DNA of 64,000 bases, from NCBI GenBank assembly GCA_050951325.1, contig JBMNIW010000001.1:64001-128000 (forward strand), written 5' to 3'. This document shows positions 7,458-17,761 of this stretch, in pieces; position 1 is the stretch's first letter; every line of letters starts with the position of its first letter. This DNA comes from Clostridia bacterium. Lineage in GTDB: Bacteria > Bacillota > Clostridia > UBA1212 > DUPL01. The notes under the pieces were generated by a model. The model made no database searches. It was not told the DNA's origin and was given only the letters and a program-made list of their open reading frames with translations. The translations under genes and the position numbers were made by a program.

Positions 7458-8945
7458 TTATCTTCCTACCAAGCCAACCCTGTTGATTAATACATCCAGC
7501 ATCTCATCCAGAGCAGTCAGAATCCTGGCAGCTGCCTGATAAGACTTTTCAAACTTAACCATATTTGCCATCTCTTCATCAATTGACACACCCGAGATGC
7601 TCATACGCTGCTCCATAACGCTGTTCAAAAGCGCTTCTTCATTGTCGCGCATTGTGCTGGCATAAGCAGTATCAATACCAAGTTCTGCAATATAGCTGCT
7701 CATGTACGCCTCGAAGTTGTCACTGCCGCCTATTGCCGCTTGTTCCCTTAAATTTATAAGTTCAAGGATAATCTTGTTGTTTCCAGAGTTGATAGAACCC
7801 ACCACTTCCGCATCCGATGCAGCAATCTTGAACACATCCTTTATAATCTCATCATTCACCTTTATACTCAATGCATCGATACCGCTTGGATCAAAGAAAT
7901 CAATTCCAGTCATAGATGAACCGCCACCTTGCGGGATGGTCCATCCCTTTCTGTGAATCTCGTTTATTCCGTTGACAAGGGAATTTGCAAAATAGTCAAG
8001 CTTGTCCTTGTAATATTGGATGCCTTTAACCTCATCGGTGTTTCCATCTCTAATATCCAAGTAACCTTTAAGCTTTCCTGATTCAAGGTTGTCCATGTCA
8101 ATGCCATCAACCCTGATATAGTGGTAGTCACTGCCTGGTTTATTGTACATCTCCAGCTTGTTAGCCTGGTCGTGATCTATAAGGACAACTTCTTGTCTGT
8201 CTCCATTTTCATCGAAATACGTCATGTTGACAGTAAGCCTTAGCTCATTGCCAACCTTGTTCTCTACATATGTAATGTTTGCATACTCTGAGAGCTTGTC
8301 AAGAAGCACGTTTCTCTTGTCTCTCAAGTCATTTGCCACATTGCCACCAAGCTCGTATCTGGCTATGCTTTTGTTATATGCCAAAATCTTATCAATATAT
8401 TCGTTAACCTGCTTTACAGATGTGGTAAAAGCGTAATCCTGTTCATCCTGTATCTGATTCAGCTGACTTCCATAGTAATTGATGGTATCAGTTAGAGTGA
8501 TTGCCTGCTGCAGAAAGTTTGTCCTTACATCCTTGCTTCCTACATTGGATGCAAGCTCCTGCATGCCGACAAAGAATCTGTCAATTATACTCATAACCCC
8601 TATATCGGAAGGCTCCTGCAGCAGTTTCTCAATGTAGCTCAAGGCCTCTGCCTTGACGGTCCATTCACCCATCAAGGAAGCTTCATTTCTGTACTGTCTG
8701 TCAAGAAACTGGTTTCTTATCTGTTGGATATAGTCGATGCTGACTCCACCACCTACAAGAGCGTTTGTCAAAGGAGCCACCAGTGTTTGAGTAACGTATG
8801 GATCTATTGAAGAACTTTCAATTCTTTGCCTTGAATAACCTTCTGTTTCAACGTTTGCTATGTTGTGTGCTGTTACATCCAAAGCCTTCTGATTATAGCG
8901 AAGTCCTGTTTTTGCAATCTCAAAACCGTAAAAAGTAGAACTCAT
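7458..8945 (-). CDS. flgK: hook-associated protein 1
   Basis: HNIANVETEGYSRQR; SGVSIDEEMANMVKFEKSYQAAAR. Confidence 0.97.
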   Translation of the reverse strand: MSSTFYGFEIAKTGLRYNQKALDVTAHNIANVETEGYSRQRIESSSIDPYVTQTLVAPLTNALVGGGVSIDYIQQIRNQFLDRQYRNEASLMGEWTVKAEALSYIEKLLQEPSDIGVMSIIDRFFVGMQELASNVGSKDVRTNFLQQAITLTDTINYYGSQLNQIQDEQDYAFTTSVKQVNEYIDKILAYNKSIARYELGGNVANDLRDKRNVLLDKLSEYANITYVENKVGNELRLTVNMTYFDENGDRQEVVLIDHDQANKLEMYNKPGSDYHYIRVDGIDMDNLESGKLKGYLDIRDGNTDEVKGIQYYKDKLDYFANSLVNGINEIHRKGWTIPQGGGSSMTGIDFFDPSGIDALSIKVNDEIIKDVFKIAASDAEVVGSINSGNNKIILELINLREQAAIGGSDNFEAYMSSYIAELGIDTAYASTMRDNEEALLNSVMEQRMSISGVSIDEEMANMVKFEKSYQAAARILTALDEMLDVLINRVGLVGR

Positions 8946-8954
8946 AATTTCCTC

Positions 8955-9464
8955 CTATACGCTTTCATCTATTATGTTGGTTTTCTGTGTAATGGTTCTT
9001 TGTCCCTTGGGATTGTATATGTTCTCGCTTCCGTCCCCTATAACAACCTTTTGGATTACCTCTTTTATGTAATTCAGATTGTTCTCTATAAGCCGCATGT
9101 TCGTCTTGTTGTATACCTTCTGTTTTTCAATAACATCCACAAGACCCTCGCTGACTTCCTCAATTGTAGTGGTATCCTCGTTCCTGTCCTTGAGCTCTCT
9201 TACAAGACCGGATATTGTAATGTCTTCTTCCGACATGCCAAGACTCTTTGCAAGACTGCTTGCAATCTCCATCCTCTTTTGCTCTTCCTGCCCTATTTTG
9301 ACAAGAAGCACCTCTTCAGCCTCAACTATCTTATTGAGAGACTGAATGTCTCTATTCAGGACCACCTCCGTCTTTTGTCCGGATAGCTCGTTTATTGCTT
9401 CGTAATATGCTTTTTGCTTTTCCAACGATTCGGTCAATTTCCCGACAAGTTCCCTGTACTCCAT
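8955..9464 (-). CDS. flgN: FlgK/FlgL export chaperone FlgN
   Basis: Helical protein between flgM and flgK. Confidence 0.85.
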   Translation of the reverse strand: MEYRELVGKLTESLEKQKAYYEAINELSGQKTEVVLNRDIQSLNKIVEAEEVLLVKIGQEEQKRMEIASSLAKSLGMSEEDITISGLVRELKDRNEDTTTIEEVSEGLVDVIEKQKVYNKTNMRLIENNLNYIKEVIQKVVIGDGSENIYNPKGQRTITQKTNIIDESV

Positions 9465-9478
9465 TTAATCACCTTCAG

Positions 9479-9766
9479 TTATGCCTTTTCATCAATGCGT
9501 GTTCCTTTTATCATCTTCTCCGCAATCTTGCCGCTGTCTATGGTATAGATGCCTTTCTCTATCCTTTCCTTTATCTCATTAACCTTGTCGTATCTTACTT
9601 CATCGATATCCTTGATTGCCTTGATTGCCTTTGAATATATTTTTGCGTTGTCGGACAAATCCAGCTTGTCGTTTATCTCAAACCCATCATTTACATTTGC
9701 CTTTTTAATCTGACTTGTCTTGTATGCGGAAATGGGATCCGTAGGATTTGTAGGATTAATTTTCAT
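9479..9766 (-). CDS. flgM: anti-sigma-28 factor FlgM
   Basis: DKLDLS...VRYDKVNEIKERIEKGIYTIDSGKIAEKM. Confidence 0.93.
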   Translation of the reverse strand: MKINPTNPTDPISAYKTSQIKKANVNDGFEINDKLDLSDNAKIYSKAIKAIKDIDEVRYDKVNEIKERIEKGIYTIDSGKIAEKMIKGTRIDEKA

Positions 9767-9781
9767 GCTGACACCTTCTTT

Positions 9782-10225
9782 CTACTCTTCTTCATCATCT
9801 TTCTTCTTGCTCCTTGGAATGTAATGCATTCTCTCCTTGCCTGTCGCACTTTGAGATCTGCCTGTAGCTGTTTCTCCAGGCCTCAAATTCGATTTAAGAT
9901 ATGAAAGCTCGTTATGTTTCTTTACAGTGCATTCAAGGCAGTACCTGCCTGAATCTATGGGCTTGTCGCAGGACTCGCATTTCAACTCTTTGTTGCCTTC
10001 CATGCTAAGCCTTCCCTCTTTGAGCAGGAGCAGTATTATTTTTTCATTAACCTCAGTCTCCTCACTCAACTCTTTTATAGTTGCCAGCCTGTTCTTTTCA
10101 AGATAGTTCCTGCATTTCTCAAACGCCTCATCTATTGCCAATATGCATTTGGGGCAGTAGGGACTTACCTTGTAATTGAAAGGCTTGCTGCAGTTTTTAC
10201 AGTATCTTATGCTCAGTGATGACAT
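9782..10225 (-). CDS. YvyF-like zinc-binding flagellar operon protein
   Basis: Four CxxC pairs and an HTH-like middle (ATIKELSEETEV...EGRL); upstream of flgM as in Bacillus yvyF. Confidence 0.8.
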   Translation of the reverse strand: MSSLSIRYCKNCSKPFNYKVSPYCPKCILAIDEAFEKCRNYLEKNRLATIKELSEETEVNEKIILLLLKEGRLSMEGNKELKCESCDKPIDSGRYCLECTVKKHNELSYLKSNLRPGETATGRSQSATGKERMHYIPRSKKKDDEEE

Positions 10226-10251
10226 ATTAAAAACTCCTTTTTGTCAGTTCA

Positions 10252-10962
10252 TTATCTACGCAGATTGTTAGCTATACCCTCCATCTCATCACTTATGGAC
10301 ACCAATCTTGAAGATACCTGGTATGCCCTCTGCGCTTTAATCATTTCAGTCAGCTGCTCTGTCAGATCCACATTGGAATGTTCAAGAAATCCTCTTGACA
10401 CCTTTGCGTTATTTACCTGCTGAGCCTCTCCTGAAGCTTCTGTAACCTGATACAGATTGCTGCCTTCCTCACTCAATCCTTCCGGATTAACAAAGGTAAA
10501 CACCCCCAAGTCACCGGAAAGTTCTCCATCAGCAACAGTTATTCTTTCCAGATTCTCATCCAGTACAAAGTTTCCGTTGGCAGTGACAAGGTAATTGACA
10601 TTGTCAATTGTCGTGGTGTAAAAATTACCGGCTCTTGTATACCTTATTCCTTCTTCCGTCTCCACAGCAAAAAAACCTTCTCCATTTATTGCAAAATCCA
10701 GGTCTCTATCAGTGCTTTCCAAGGAACCCATTGTAAAGTCCTTGACTACTGCGGACAGAAGTACACCGTGTCCTTTCTGCAGATTGTTGTCCTGGTCCTC
10801 TTCCACCGGATTTAACATTGTCTGGTAAAGAGCATCTGTAAACGCAACTCTCTTTTGCTTGTAACCGGTTGTATTGACATTTGCAATATTGTTGGCTATA
10901 TTATCAAGTTTTTTCTGTCCTGCCTTCATGCCGGATGCTGCTGTATGCAAAGATTGTATCAT
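10252..10962 (-). CDS. flgG: flagellar rod protein FlgG/FlhP-like
   Basis: IANNIANVNTTGYK, DFAINGEGFF, YTRAGNF, GFLEHSNVD. Confidence 0.9.
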   Translation of the reverse strand: MIQSLHTAASGMKAGQKKLDNIANNIANVNTTGYKQKRVAFTDALYQTMLNPVEEDQDNNLQKGHGVLLSAVVKDFTMGSLESTDRDLDFAINGEGFFAVETEEGIRYTRAGNFYTTTIDNVNYLVTANGNFVLDENLERITVADGELSGDLGVFTFVNPEGLSEEGSNLYQVTEASGEAQQVNNAKVSRGFLEHSNVDLTEQLTEMIKAQRAYQVSSRLVSISDEMEGIANNLRR

Positions 10963-10973
10963 GACTCACACCT

Positions 10974-11729
10974 TTATACCTTTCCTATTTCATTGACAGC
11001 CTTGTCCAAAGTGCTGTCAATTGTGGTTATTACCCGCTGGTTGGATTCATAAGCTCTTGCCACTTCAATCATACTTATAACCTGCTCAATCAAGTCCACA
11101 TTTGAAGCTTCAAGGAAGCCCTGTTTGACTTTGGCCTCACTCTCAACAGTCTCAGCCTCTCCAAATGTGTAATACAAACTCTCTCCTTCTTTCCTGAGAA
11201 GCGAATTGTCCACAAAGGAAACAACCAGCATTTCGTCCACCAAATCGCCTTCTTCGTCAAAGACCTGGCCGTTTTCATTCACCTTGAAATTGTTTGAACC
11301 CACATTGAGACTTCCGTTTACACCTTGCACATAGTAGCCTTCCGCAGTAACAAGCATTCCCTGGTTATCCACGAAAAAGGCTCCGTTCCTTGTATACCTT
11401 AAGCCATTGGGCGTCTCGACTACAAAGAAACCGTCTCCCTCAAGAGCCAAATCAGCATTCCTTCTTGTCTCATTAAAGGAACCCTGTATAAACTTGGTAA
11501 ATACCTCGTCCACATGGACTCCTTTTGTAATTGAGCCAACTATCTCATTCTGCCTCAATACGTTGGGGTCGTTTATCCTCTCAATCAGGACCTCGTTGAA
11601 CGATCTGGAAAGCATCAAGTCTTCCTTGTATCCCGTCGTTTCAACGTTGGCCACATTATTCGCTATAACATTTATTTTATTCCTCTGTGTCAGCATTCCT
11701 GTTCCTGCTGTGTACAGTCCTCTAACCAT
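10974..11729 (-). CDS. flagellar rod protein FlgF/FlhO-like
   Basis: True start ATG 11729 (MVRGLYTAGTGM) lies downstream of the sigma-28 promoter; ANNVANVETTGYK, YTRNGAF, GFLEASNVD. Confidence 0.9.
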   Translation of the reverse strand: MVRGLYTAGTGMLTQRNKINVIANNVANVETTGYKEDLMLSRSFNEVLIERINDPNVLRQNEIVGSITKGVHVDEVFTKFIQGSFNETRRNADLALEGDGFFVVETPNGLRYTRNGAFFVDNQGMLVTAEGYYVQGVNGSLNVGSNNFKVNENGQVFDEEGDLVDEMLVVSFVDNSLLRKEGESLYYTFGEAETVESEAKVKQGFLEASNVDLIEQVISMIEVARAYESNQRVITTIDSTLDKAVNEIGKV

Positions 11730-11767
11730 TTTGAATCCTCGCTTTAGATATTCTCTGTTCAGTAATA

Positions 11768-11794
11768 TAATCGACAAAGGCACAATAAACTTTA
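11768..11794 (-). promoter_or_regulatory. sigma-28 promoter of flgF/G-flgM-flgK operon
   Basis: TAAA-N15-GTCGATTA. Confidence 0.8.
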
Positions 11795-11896
11795 GCATTT
11801 TTGGTGTCAAAATACAAATCTTTATCAGTTGAATAAAGCCTTCTCCTATGATATATTTACCAAAACATAAAGATACGTACAACAGGAGCTGATGGA

Positions 11897-13225
11897 ATGA
11901 CAGTAAGTGTAAATTTTGACAAAATCACAGGCAGGATAAAGCCTCTGCACGGAATCGGGAATGCACCACTTCTGGGAACAAACCCGAAGCTGTTTCCCTA
12001 CCTCAAAGAGGCCGGCATCCCCTATTCACGTCTTCACGATACAGGAGGAAGATACGGCGGTGGCTGTTTTGTTGACATAAACAATGTCTTTCGGGATTTT
12101 GACAGAGACCCAAAAGATCCTGACTCCTATGACTTTGCCTTTACCGACTGGCTGATTACCGAGCTTGTACAACAGGGAGTAAAGCCGTTTTACAGACTCG
12201 GAACCACCATAGAAAACAGCCACAGAATAAAAGCCTATTACATCTACCCTCCAAAAGACAAACTGAAATGGGCACAAATATGTGAAGGCATAATCCGCCA
12301 CTATAACGAAGGCTGGGCAAGCGGCTTTTACTACGATATTGAATACTGGGAGATATGGAACGAGCCTGACAACGAACCCAATATTGAGGACAACCCCATG
12401 TGGAAAGGCACCATGGAAGAATATTTTGAACTTTATAAAGTGGCCTCAAACTACCTAAAAGACAAATTTCCTCATCTAAAGATCGGAGGGTATGCAAGCT
12501 GTGGTTTCTACTATCTTTCAGAAGCCGTGGTGGAGAGTGCAAACTCCTCCACAAGAACCGGTTACTTCATACACTTCTTCAATGAGTTTTTGAAATTCAT
12601 AACCTCTGAAGAAAACAAATCCCCCCTTGATTTCTTCTCATGGCATTCCTACGCCAATCCTCAAGAGAATATTAAGTATGCGAAATATGCAAGGAAGATG
12701 CTGGATGAATACGGCTTATACGACACTGAAACTATCCTGAACGAATGGAATCCAGGCATTCAGTATCGAAGCACATCAAAAGACTGTGCAAATATTGCAG
12801 CCATGTTCTGTGCCCTTCAAAAAGCCCCTGTCGACAAAGCCATGTACTACGACGGACAGGTCCACACAAGTTACGGGGGCATGTTCGACCCTGTCAAACA
12901 GGACATATTCAAAGCCTATTATGCTTTCTATGCATTCAACAAGCTTTATGAGCTTTCGAATGAAATTGAATGCTCAAGCAGCAAGGAAGGCATCTACACC
13001 ATTGCAGCTATAGACACAAATACTGCAAGAATTCTAATATCAAATCCGACTGAAAAAGAGTATAATCTTGCAATACAAACATATACAAGAAAAAAAATCA
13101 CTTCTGTAAGAAAGCACATTGTGGACAGGGATAAAAACTTTGAGGAAACGGATGAAAACAGATTAACTCCTGAATCAATAATTTTGATTGAGTATGAGTT
13201 TGAAAGGAATGAAAAGAATGATTGA
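11897..13225 (+). CDS. glycoside hydrolase, GH39-like (clan GH-A)
   Basis: YWEIWNEPD acid/base motif, LDFFSWHSY, ILNEWN nucleophile motif; no signal peptide. Confidence 0.8.
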   Translation: MTVSVNFDKITGRIKPLHGIGNAPLLGTNPKLFPYLKEAGIPYSRLHDTGGRYGGGCFVDINNVFRDFDRDPKDPDSYDFAFTDWLITELVQQGVKPFYRLGTTIENSHRIKAYYIYPPKDKLKWAQICEGIIRHYNEGWASGFYYDIEYWEIWNEPDNEPNIEDNPMWKGTMEEYFELYKVASNYLKDKFPHLKIGGYASCGFYYLSEAVVESANSSTRTGYFIHFFNEFLKFITSEENKSPLDFFSWHSYANPQENIKYAKYARKMLDEYGLYDTETILNEWNPGIQYRSTSKDCANIAAMFCALQKAPVDKAMYYDGQVHTSYGGMFDPVKQDIFKAYYAFYAFNKLYELSNEIECSSSKEGIYTIAAIDTNTARILISNPTEKEYNLAIQTYTRKKITSVRKHIVDRDKNFEETDENRLTPESIILIEYEFERNEKND

Positions 13226-15044
13226 TTTGGTTAAAAACAAAGTGGAAATGCTGGAAGGCGGTTCATTCAAGTATACTGGCATAGTGGATGAAACCATACA
13301 CCTGGTTCAGGAAAAACAGCTGAAGGACGCAAACTACTGGAAACTGTTTGTCGAGCAGTACAGAAAAGGAAACGTGGACGATCACGACAGAGGCTGGCGT
13401 GGTGAATACTGGGGCAAGATGATGAGAGGCGCCTCCCTTACGTATCTCTACACCCAGGATGAGGAACTTTACAACCTGCTTGAAGCAAGTGTATACGACC
13501 TCCTTACGACCCAGGACGAGCTGAACAGGTTCTCCACCTACTCTATTGAATGCGAGTTTAGCGAGTGGGATATGTGGAGTAGAAAATATATTTTACTAGG
13601 CAGCATGTATTTCCTAGACATATGCAAGGACGAAGAACTTAAGAACAAACTTGTTAATGCTCTTGTAAGGCACGCAGATTACATTATCTCCAAAGTTGGA
13701 GATGAAGAACAAGGAAAGATACCGGTAACCAAAACCAGCATTTTCTGGAACGGCCTTAATTCCAGTTCCATCCTGGAGCCTTTTGTAAGGTTGTATGTGC
13801 TTACCGGATTTGAAAGATACCTTGACTTTGTAAGACATATTATCAAATGCGGTGGAACGGATGGCTTCAATGTATTTGAGGCAGCTTATGAAAACAAGCT
13901 GTACCCCTATGAATATCCGGTCACAAAAGCCTATGAGATGATGTCCTGTTTTGAAGGCCTTCTTTGGTATTACAGGGTAACCAGGGAAGAAAAGTATCTT
14001 TCAGCTGCTAAAAACTTTGCAAACAAGGTAATAGAGTCTGACATTACTGTAATTGGTTCGGCAGGATGCACTCATGAACTATTTGACAACTCCATTATCA
14101 ACCAATTCGACCCAGCATACGATGGAATCATGCAGGAAACCTGTGTAACGGTTACCTGGCTTAAATTCCTATACCAGCTTTTGCAGATAACAGGTGACAA
14201 ATCCTATGCCGACCATATTGAAGTCTCCATATACAATGCCCTGCTTGGCTCAATAAATACGGAAGGCAATGAAAGAATCAACACAACTCCCGTATTCGAC
14301 AGCTACAGCCCTTTAAGAAAGGCAAGCAGAGGAAGAGCCACAGGCGGCCTTAAAGACATTGCTCCGGATACCTACTACGGCTGCTGCATTGCAATTGGAG
14401 CTGCTGGTACTGCCCTTTCCGCTCTTTCCAGTGTTGGAAGAACCGAAAAAGGTTTTCAATTCAACCTATACTACAATGGAATTATAAAAACGAAGACACC
14501 GAAGGGCAATAACATTGAGTTTGGAATCAACACAACTTATCCGGTAGGAGAAGATATAGATATTAATATAAATCTTGATAGAGAGGAGGAACTCACTCTT
14601 GATTTCAGGCTTCCTTTTGGTGGCAAACTGTATGTAAACGATAATGAAATTGACACAGATACAGTCACAAGGGTTTGGAAGGCAGGAGACAAAGCTTGTA
14701 TAAAAACAAATCTTAAGATAAGGCTTCTTAAAGATACCGACATACTGCCTGAAGCTGCAGAAAGAAAAGAAAGATACGGAGTCCTTCTTAGAGGACCCAT
14801 TGTACTTGCAAGGGATGCCAGAATAAGTAATGATTTGGATACACCTCTTGCATTCCAAACAGACAATGAAGGTTATGTCACAAGCAAGTTTTTAGAAACC
14901 AAGGCTCCTTTTAGAACTCTTCTTGCATATGAATTAGAGCTTGAGGGTGGGAAATATACCTTTGTAGATTACGCTCATGCAGGCAGGATATGGGACGAGA
15001 ACCTCCCTATGGCAGCTTGGATTATTATCAACGATAAAATTTAA
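13209..15044 (+). CDS. beta-L-arabinofuranosidase-like hydrolase (GH127/GH146)
   Basis: WRGEYWGK, KAYEMMS, HELF, QETCVTVTW, CC motif, RGPIVLA; the start overlaps the upstream gene. Confidence 0.8.
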   Translation: MKRMIDLVKNKVEMLEGGSFKYTGIVDETIHLVQEKQLKDANYWKLFVEQYRKGNVDDHDRGWRGEYWGKMMRGASLTYLYTQDEELYNLLEASVYDLLTTQDELNRFSTYSIECEFSEWDMWSRKYILLGSMYFLDICKDEELKNKLVNALVRHADYIISKVGDEEQGKIPVTKTSIFWNGLNSSSILEPFVRLYVLTGFERYLDFVRHIIKCGGTDGFNVFEAAYENKLYPYEYPVTKAYEMMSCFEGLLWYYRVTREEKYLSAAKNFANKVIESDITVIGSAGCTHELFDNSIINQFDPAYDGIMQETCVTVTWLKFLYQLLQITGDKSYADHIEVSIYNALLGSINTEGNERINTTPVFDSYSPLRKASRGRATGGLKDIAPDTYYGCCIAIGAAGTALSALSSVGRTEKGFQFNLYYNGIIKTKTPKGNNIEFGINTTYPVGEDIDININLDREEELTLDFRLPFGGKLYVNDNEIDTDTVTRVWKAGDKACIKTNLKIRLLKDTDILPEAAERKERYGVLLRGPIVLARDARISNDLDTPLAFQTDNEGYVTSKFLETKAPFRTLLAYELELEGGKYTFVDYAHAGRIWDENLPMAAWIIINDKI

Positions 15045-15070
15045 GAGGGTAGCTTCACGCAGCCCTCTTA
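15042..15070. terminator. hairpin between convergent genes
   Basis: TAAGAGGG...CCCTCTTA inverted repeat spanning both stop codons. Confidence 0.65.
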
Positions 15071-15748
15071 ACTTGAAATGTCAAATGTCACAAACAAATC
15101 AAATTCATTTTGCTGAGCAGGTCTTTTCTCATATTGAAAGCTTATCTCAAACTTTACACCATCCACCTTGTCTTCAACAAAAAATTTGTCGCCCAATACT
15201 TCCACATCATATCTTTCATAGGTGTTGTAGAAGTCAAAAAATTGATTCTTGGTACCAACAGTCTTGTACATAATTCCGTTAACAGACAATTCGGATTCCA
15301 ATCTGTTGCTTGCATCTATTAATAAATGAAATGGCATGTAAATTTCAACATCTGTATTATCATTTTTAAGTACAGCAACCGGACAAAAGAACGTTTTCAT
15401 TCCACGAACGAACAGCATATAGTAGTTTAAAAATTCGTCATTCTTGTCAGCCTTCGTAATGAGAACATACTTGTCCTGGTAAACGCTGGCGGAGAGATTA
15501 AAGTTTTCATCATCATACTTGTTGATATAGTCTGCAAGCTCTTTGGCTGAAATGTCATCAAGGAACAGATGCTTGCTGCCTCCATAAAGTTTTTGAAGCT
15601 TTATGTTTATTCTCAGCTCATCATTTCCGGTAAGTCTATCCTTTGCCTCTATGTAGCTGCCTTTCCTTGTCCCATCGCATGAAGACAAGATTACGATTAG
15701 GACCAGAATCAAACATGTAATGATTACTTTGATATTCTTCTTTGACAT
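15068..15748 (-). CDS. putative lipoprotein, unknown function
   Basis: MSKKNIK + hydrophobic stretch + lipobox LSSC. Confidence 0.7.
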   Translation of the reverse strand: MSKKNIKVIITCLILVLIVILSSCDGTRKGSYIEAKDRLTGNDELRINIKLQKLYGGSKHLFLDDISAKELADYINKYDDENFNLSASVYQDKYVLITKADKNDEFLNYYMLFVRGMKTFFCPVAVLKNDNTDVEIYMPFHLLIDASNRLESELSVNGIMYKTVGTKNQFFDFYNTYERYDVEVLGDKFFVEDKVDGVKFEISFQYEKRPAQQNEFDLFVTFDISS

Positions 15749-15851
15749 TACAAATCATCCTTTTTAAAAAATAATCGTACCAATTTATAAGCTAATTTTA
15801 TTTTTACAGGAAGATATTGTCAATGTCATCTGTAACAACAAACTGTTAATC

Positions 15852-16547
15852 TTATGCAAACAAATAGTTAATCATATCAGCCAGCGTAAGGTTGTCCACA
15901 TCAAAAATACGTTCCTTCATGTCAACAACCTTGTAGTCCAATTCAGTGTACTTTAAGAACGACATGAAATCTCCGTCATACCAGGGTGGAGTCCATGTTC
16001 CGGATCTTGCAATATGTATATTGGACATCTCAACTCCATCATCAAGGTCCTCAATGTTTAAATATTCAATGTCAAATTTTTCATTCTGCTGTCTGAAAAA
16101 GTCCTTGTCTTCATATGTATTGGGGCTGTAGATAATATATGCTTTATGGATCAGACCGTCTATAAAGAGCTTTCCCAGCCAGTTGGCACAGCTTATCTCA
16201 AACTCCAAAGAGGCAAGACCCCCATAACCCAAATCAGCATGGGAGTCAAACAAATATACTTCCTTGCATTTTGCTCTTTGTGCGATATTGTACGACAGTT
16301 TGTGAGAGTCTGAGACAATCATTCTTGTATTCCTGCCAATACGAAACTTTTCTTTGAGCTTGTCCCAGAACACAGTATAGTCATCCAGCTTGAAAAGATC
16401 CTTTATGTCTATTCCTCTAACCTTTAGTTTGAAATATCGTTTGTACCATAAATCATGAATGCTTTTTTGGCATTCAATATATGAGTTTAGATAATCTTGA
16501 GGGGTCTTGATGAAATAGTCCCAATCTATTGACAAGAGACATCTCAT
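15852..16547 (-). CDS. arginase/ureohydrolase-fold (UPF0489-like) metalloprotein
   Basis: LSIDWDYF, SDSH, FDSHADLGY, CANW, ARSGTWTPPW; ATG 16547 preceded by AAGGTG. Confidence 0.6.
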   Translation of the reverse strand: MRCLLSIDWDYFIKTPQDYLNSYIECQKSIHDLWYKRYFKLKVRGIDIKDLFKLDDYTVFWDKLKEKFRIGRNTRMIVSDSHKLSYNIAQRAKCKEVYLFDSHADLGYGGLASLEFEISCANWLGKLFIDGLIHKAYIIYSPNTYEDKDFFRQQNEKFDIEYLNIEDLDDGVEMSNIHIARSGTWTPPWYDGDFMSFLKYTELDYKVVDMKERIFDVDNLTLADMINYLFA

Positions 16548-16593
16548 AATCCCGCACCTTCTTTGTTCCCACAATATTTATATATACATTATA

Positions 16594-17625
16594 TCACATT
16601 TTACCAGAAAGTGCGGAAACAATTGTCGAAGCAACCTTGTTCAAAGGCACCCTTTTTACAACCGCCCCTATGTCATATGCAGCTTTGGGCATGCCGTATA
16701 CAACGCTGCTCTCTTCATCCTGTCCTATGGTAAAGTTGCCGTTTTTCTTCATGGATAGAAGCCCCATCGCTCCATCCTTGCCCATTCCAGTCAGAATTAC
16801 TCCTATTGCGTTCCCCTTGCATATCTTGGCAACCGACTCAAACAAAACGTCAACAGAAGGCCTGTGATTGTTGACCTTGTCTTCCTTAACACAGTTAACC
16901 CTGTATACACTTCCAAGCTTGGAGACCCTCGTATGGAAATCCCCAGGTGCAACATACACATGCCCCGGTTTTATAATATCCCTGTCCTCAGCTTCCTTGA
17001 CTTTGAAACCTGTAGTTTCATTAAGACCATCTGCAAACATTTTTGAGAAAACAGGAGGTATGTGCTGAACTATGACAATGCCCGGCATATCCTTTGGAAG
17101 CTCCTTCAATATCTGACGGATCGCCTCTGTTCCTCCAGTAGATGCGCCAATGGCTATCAGGTCGATATTTGATTTTGTTATATCATTCATATGCTCCTTT
17201 TCAAGCACCAGTTCCTCATTGTTGTATGGAACCTTTGCCATGGAGGCAATTCTTATCTTCCCAACCAGCTCATTTACAAACAAATCAAGCTCCTCTTTAT
17301 TGCCAGCCTTTGGTTTGGCAATAAAGTCTACGGCACCTGCATGAAGCGCTTTAAAAACCACATTGCTGACTGAACTGACCACCACAACAGGTATGGGATA
17401 TTGCGGCATCAGCTGTCTTATGAATTCAATGCCGTTCATCTTCGGCATCTCAATGTCACAGGTCAAAACATCTGGTTTGTATTTCTTTATCTTATCTACT
17501 GCATCATAAGGATCAGCAGCAGTTGCTACCACTTCCAGGTTTGAATATGAAGCAAGCTTTGCAGATAGCATTTCTCTAAAAAACAAAGAATCATCAACTA
17601 TCATCACTTTTATTACACTACCCAC
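16594..17625 (-). CDS. cheB: chemotaxis methylesterase
   Basis: Receiver domain plus IGASTGG, VQHIP, HRPSVDVLF, ILTGMGKDGA. Confidence 0.97.
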   Translation of the reverse strand: MGSVIKVMIVDDSLFFREMLSAKLASYSNLEVVATAADPYDAVDKIKKYKPDVLTCDIEMPKMNGIEFIRQLMPQYPIPVVVVSSVSNVVFKALHAGAVDFIAKPKAGNKEELDLFVNELVGKIRIASMAKVPYNNEELVLEKEHMNDITKSNIDLIAIGASTGGTEAIRQILKELPKDMPGIVIVQHIPPVFSKMFADGLNETTGFKVKEAEDRDIIKPGHVYVAPGDFHTRVSKLGSVYRVNCVKEDKVNNHRPSVDVLFESVAKICKGNAIGVILTGMGKDGAMGLLSMKKNGNFTIGQDEESSVVYGMPKAAYDIGAVVKRVPLNKVASTIVSALSGKM

Positions 17626-17702
17626 AGAATACTACTCCTTTATATATGGTATTCAATTAATTATACCAAAAGTACTACAGTTTTGAAATGAAGCAAATTT
17701 TA

Positions 17703-17730
17703 ACAATTGTGTACAATATTCCATATTATA
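17703..17730 (+). promoter_or_regulatory. sigma-K-like sporulation promoter
   Basis: ACA-N16-CATATTATA upstream of 17762. Confidence 0.55.
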
Positions 17731-17761
17731 TAATGACACTTCAAATTGTTGAGGCAAAACA

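Noticed and set aside
11730-11882. N-terminal extensions given by the ORF track (rod gene; likewise cheR, GntR, MFS, GT-C)
   Set aside because: The extensions run through promoters or neighbouring genes; downstream ATGs have RBSs and match the family N-termini.
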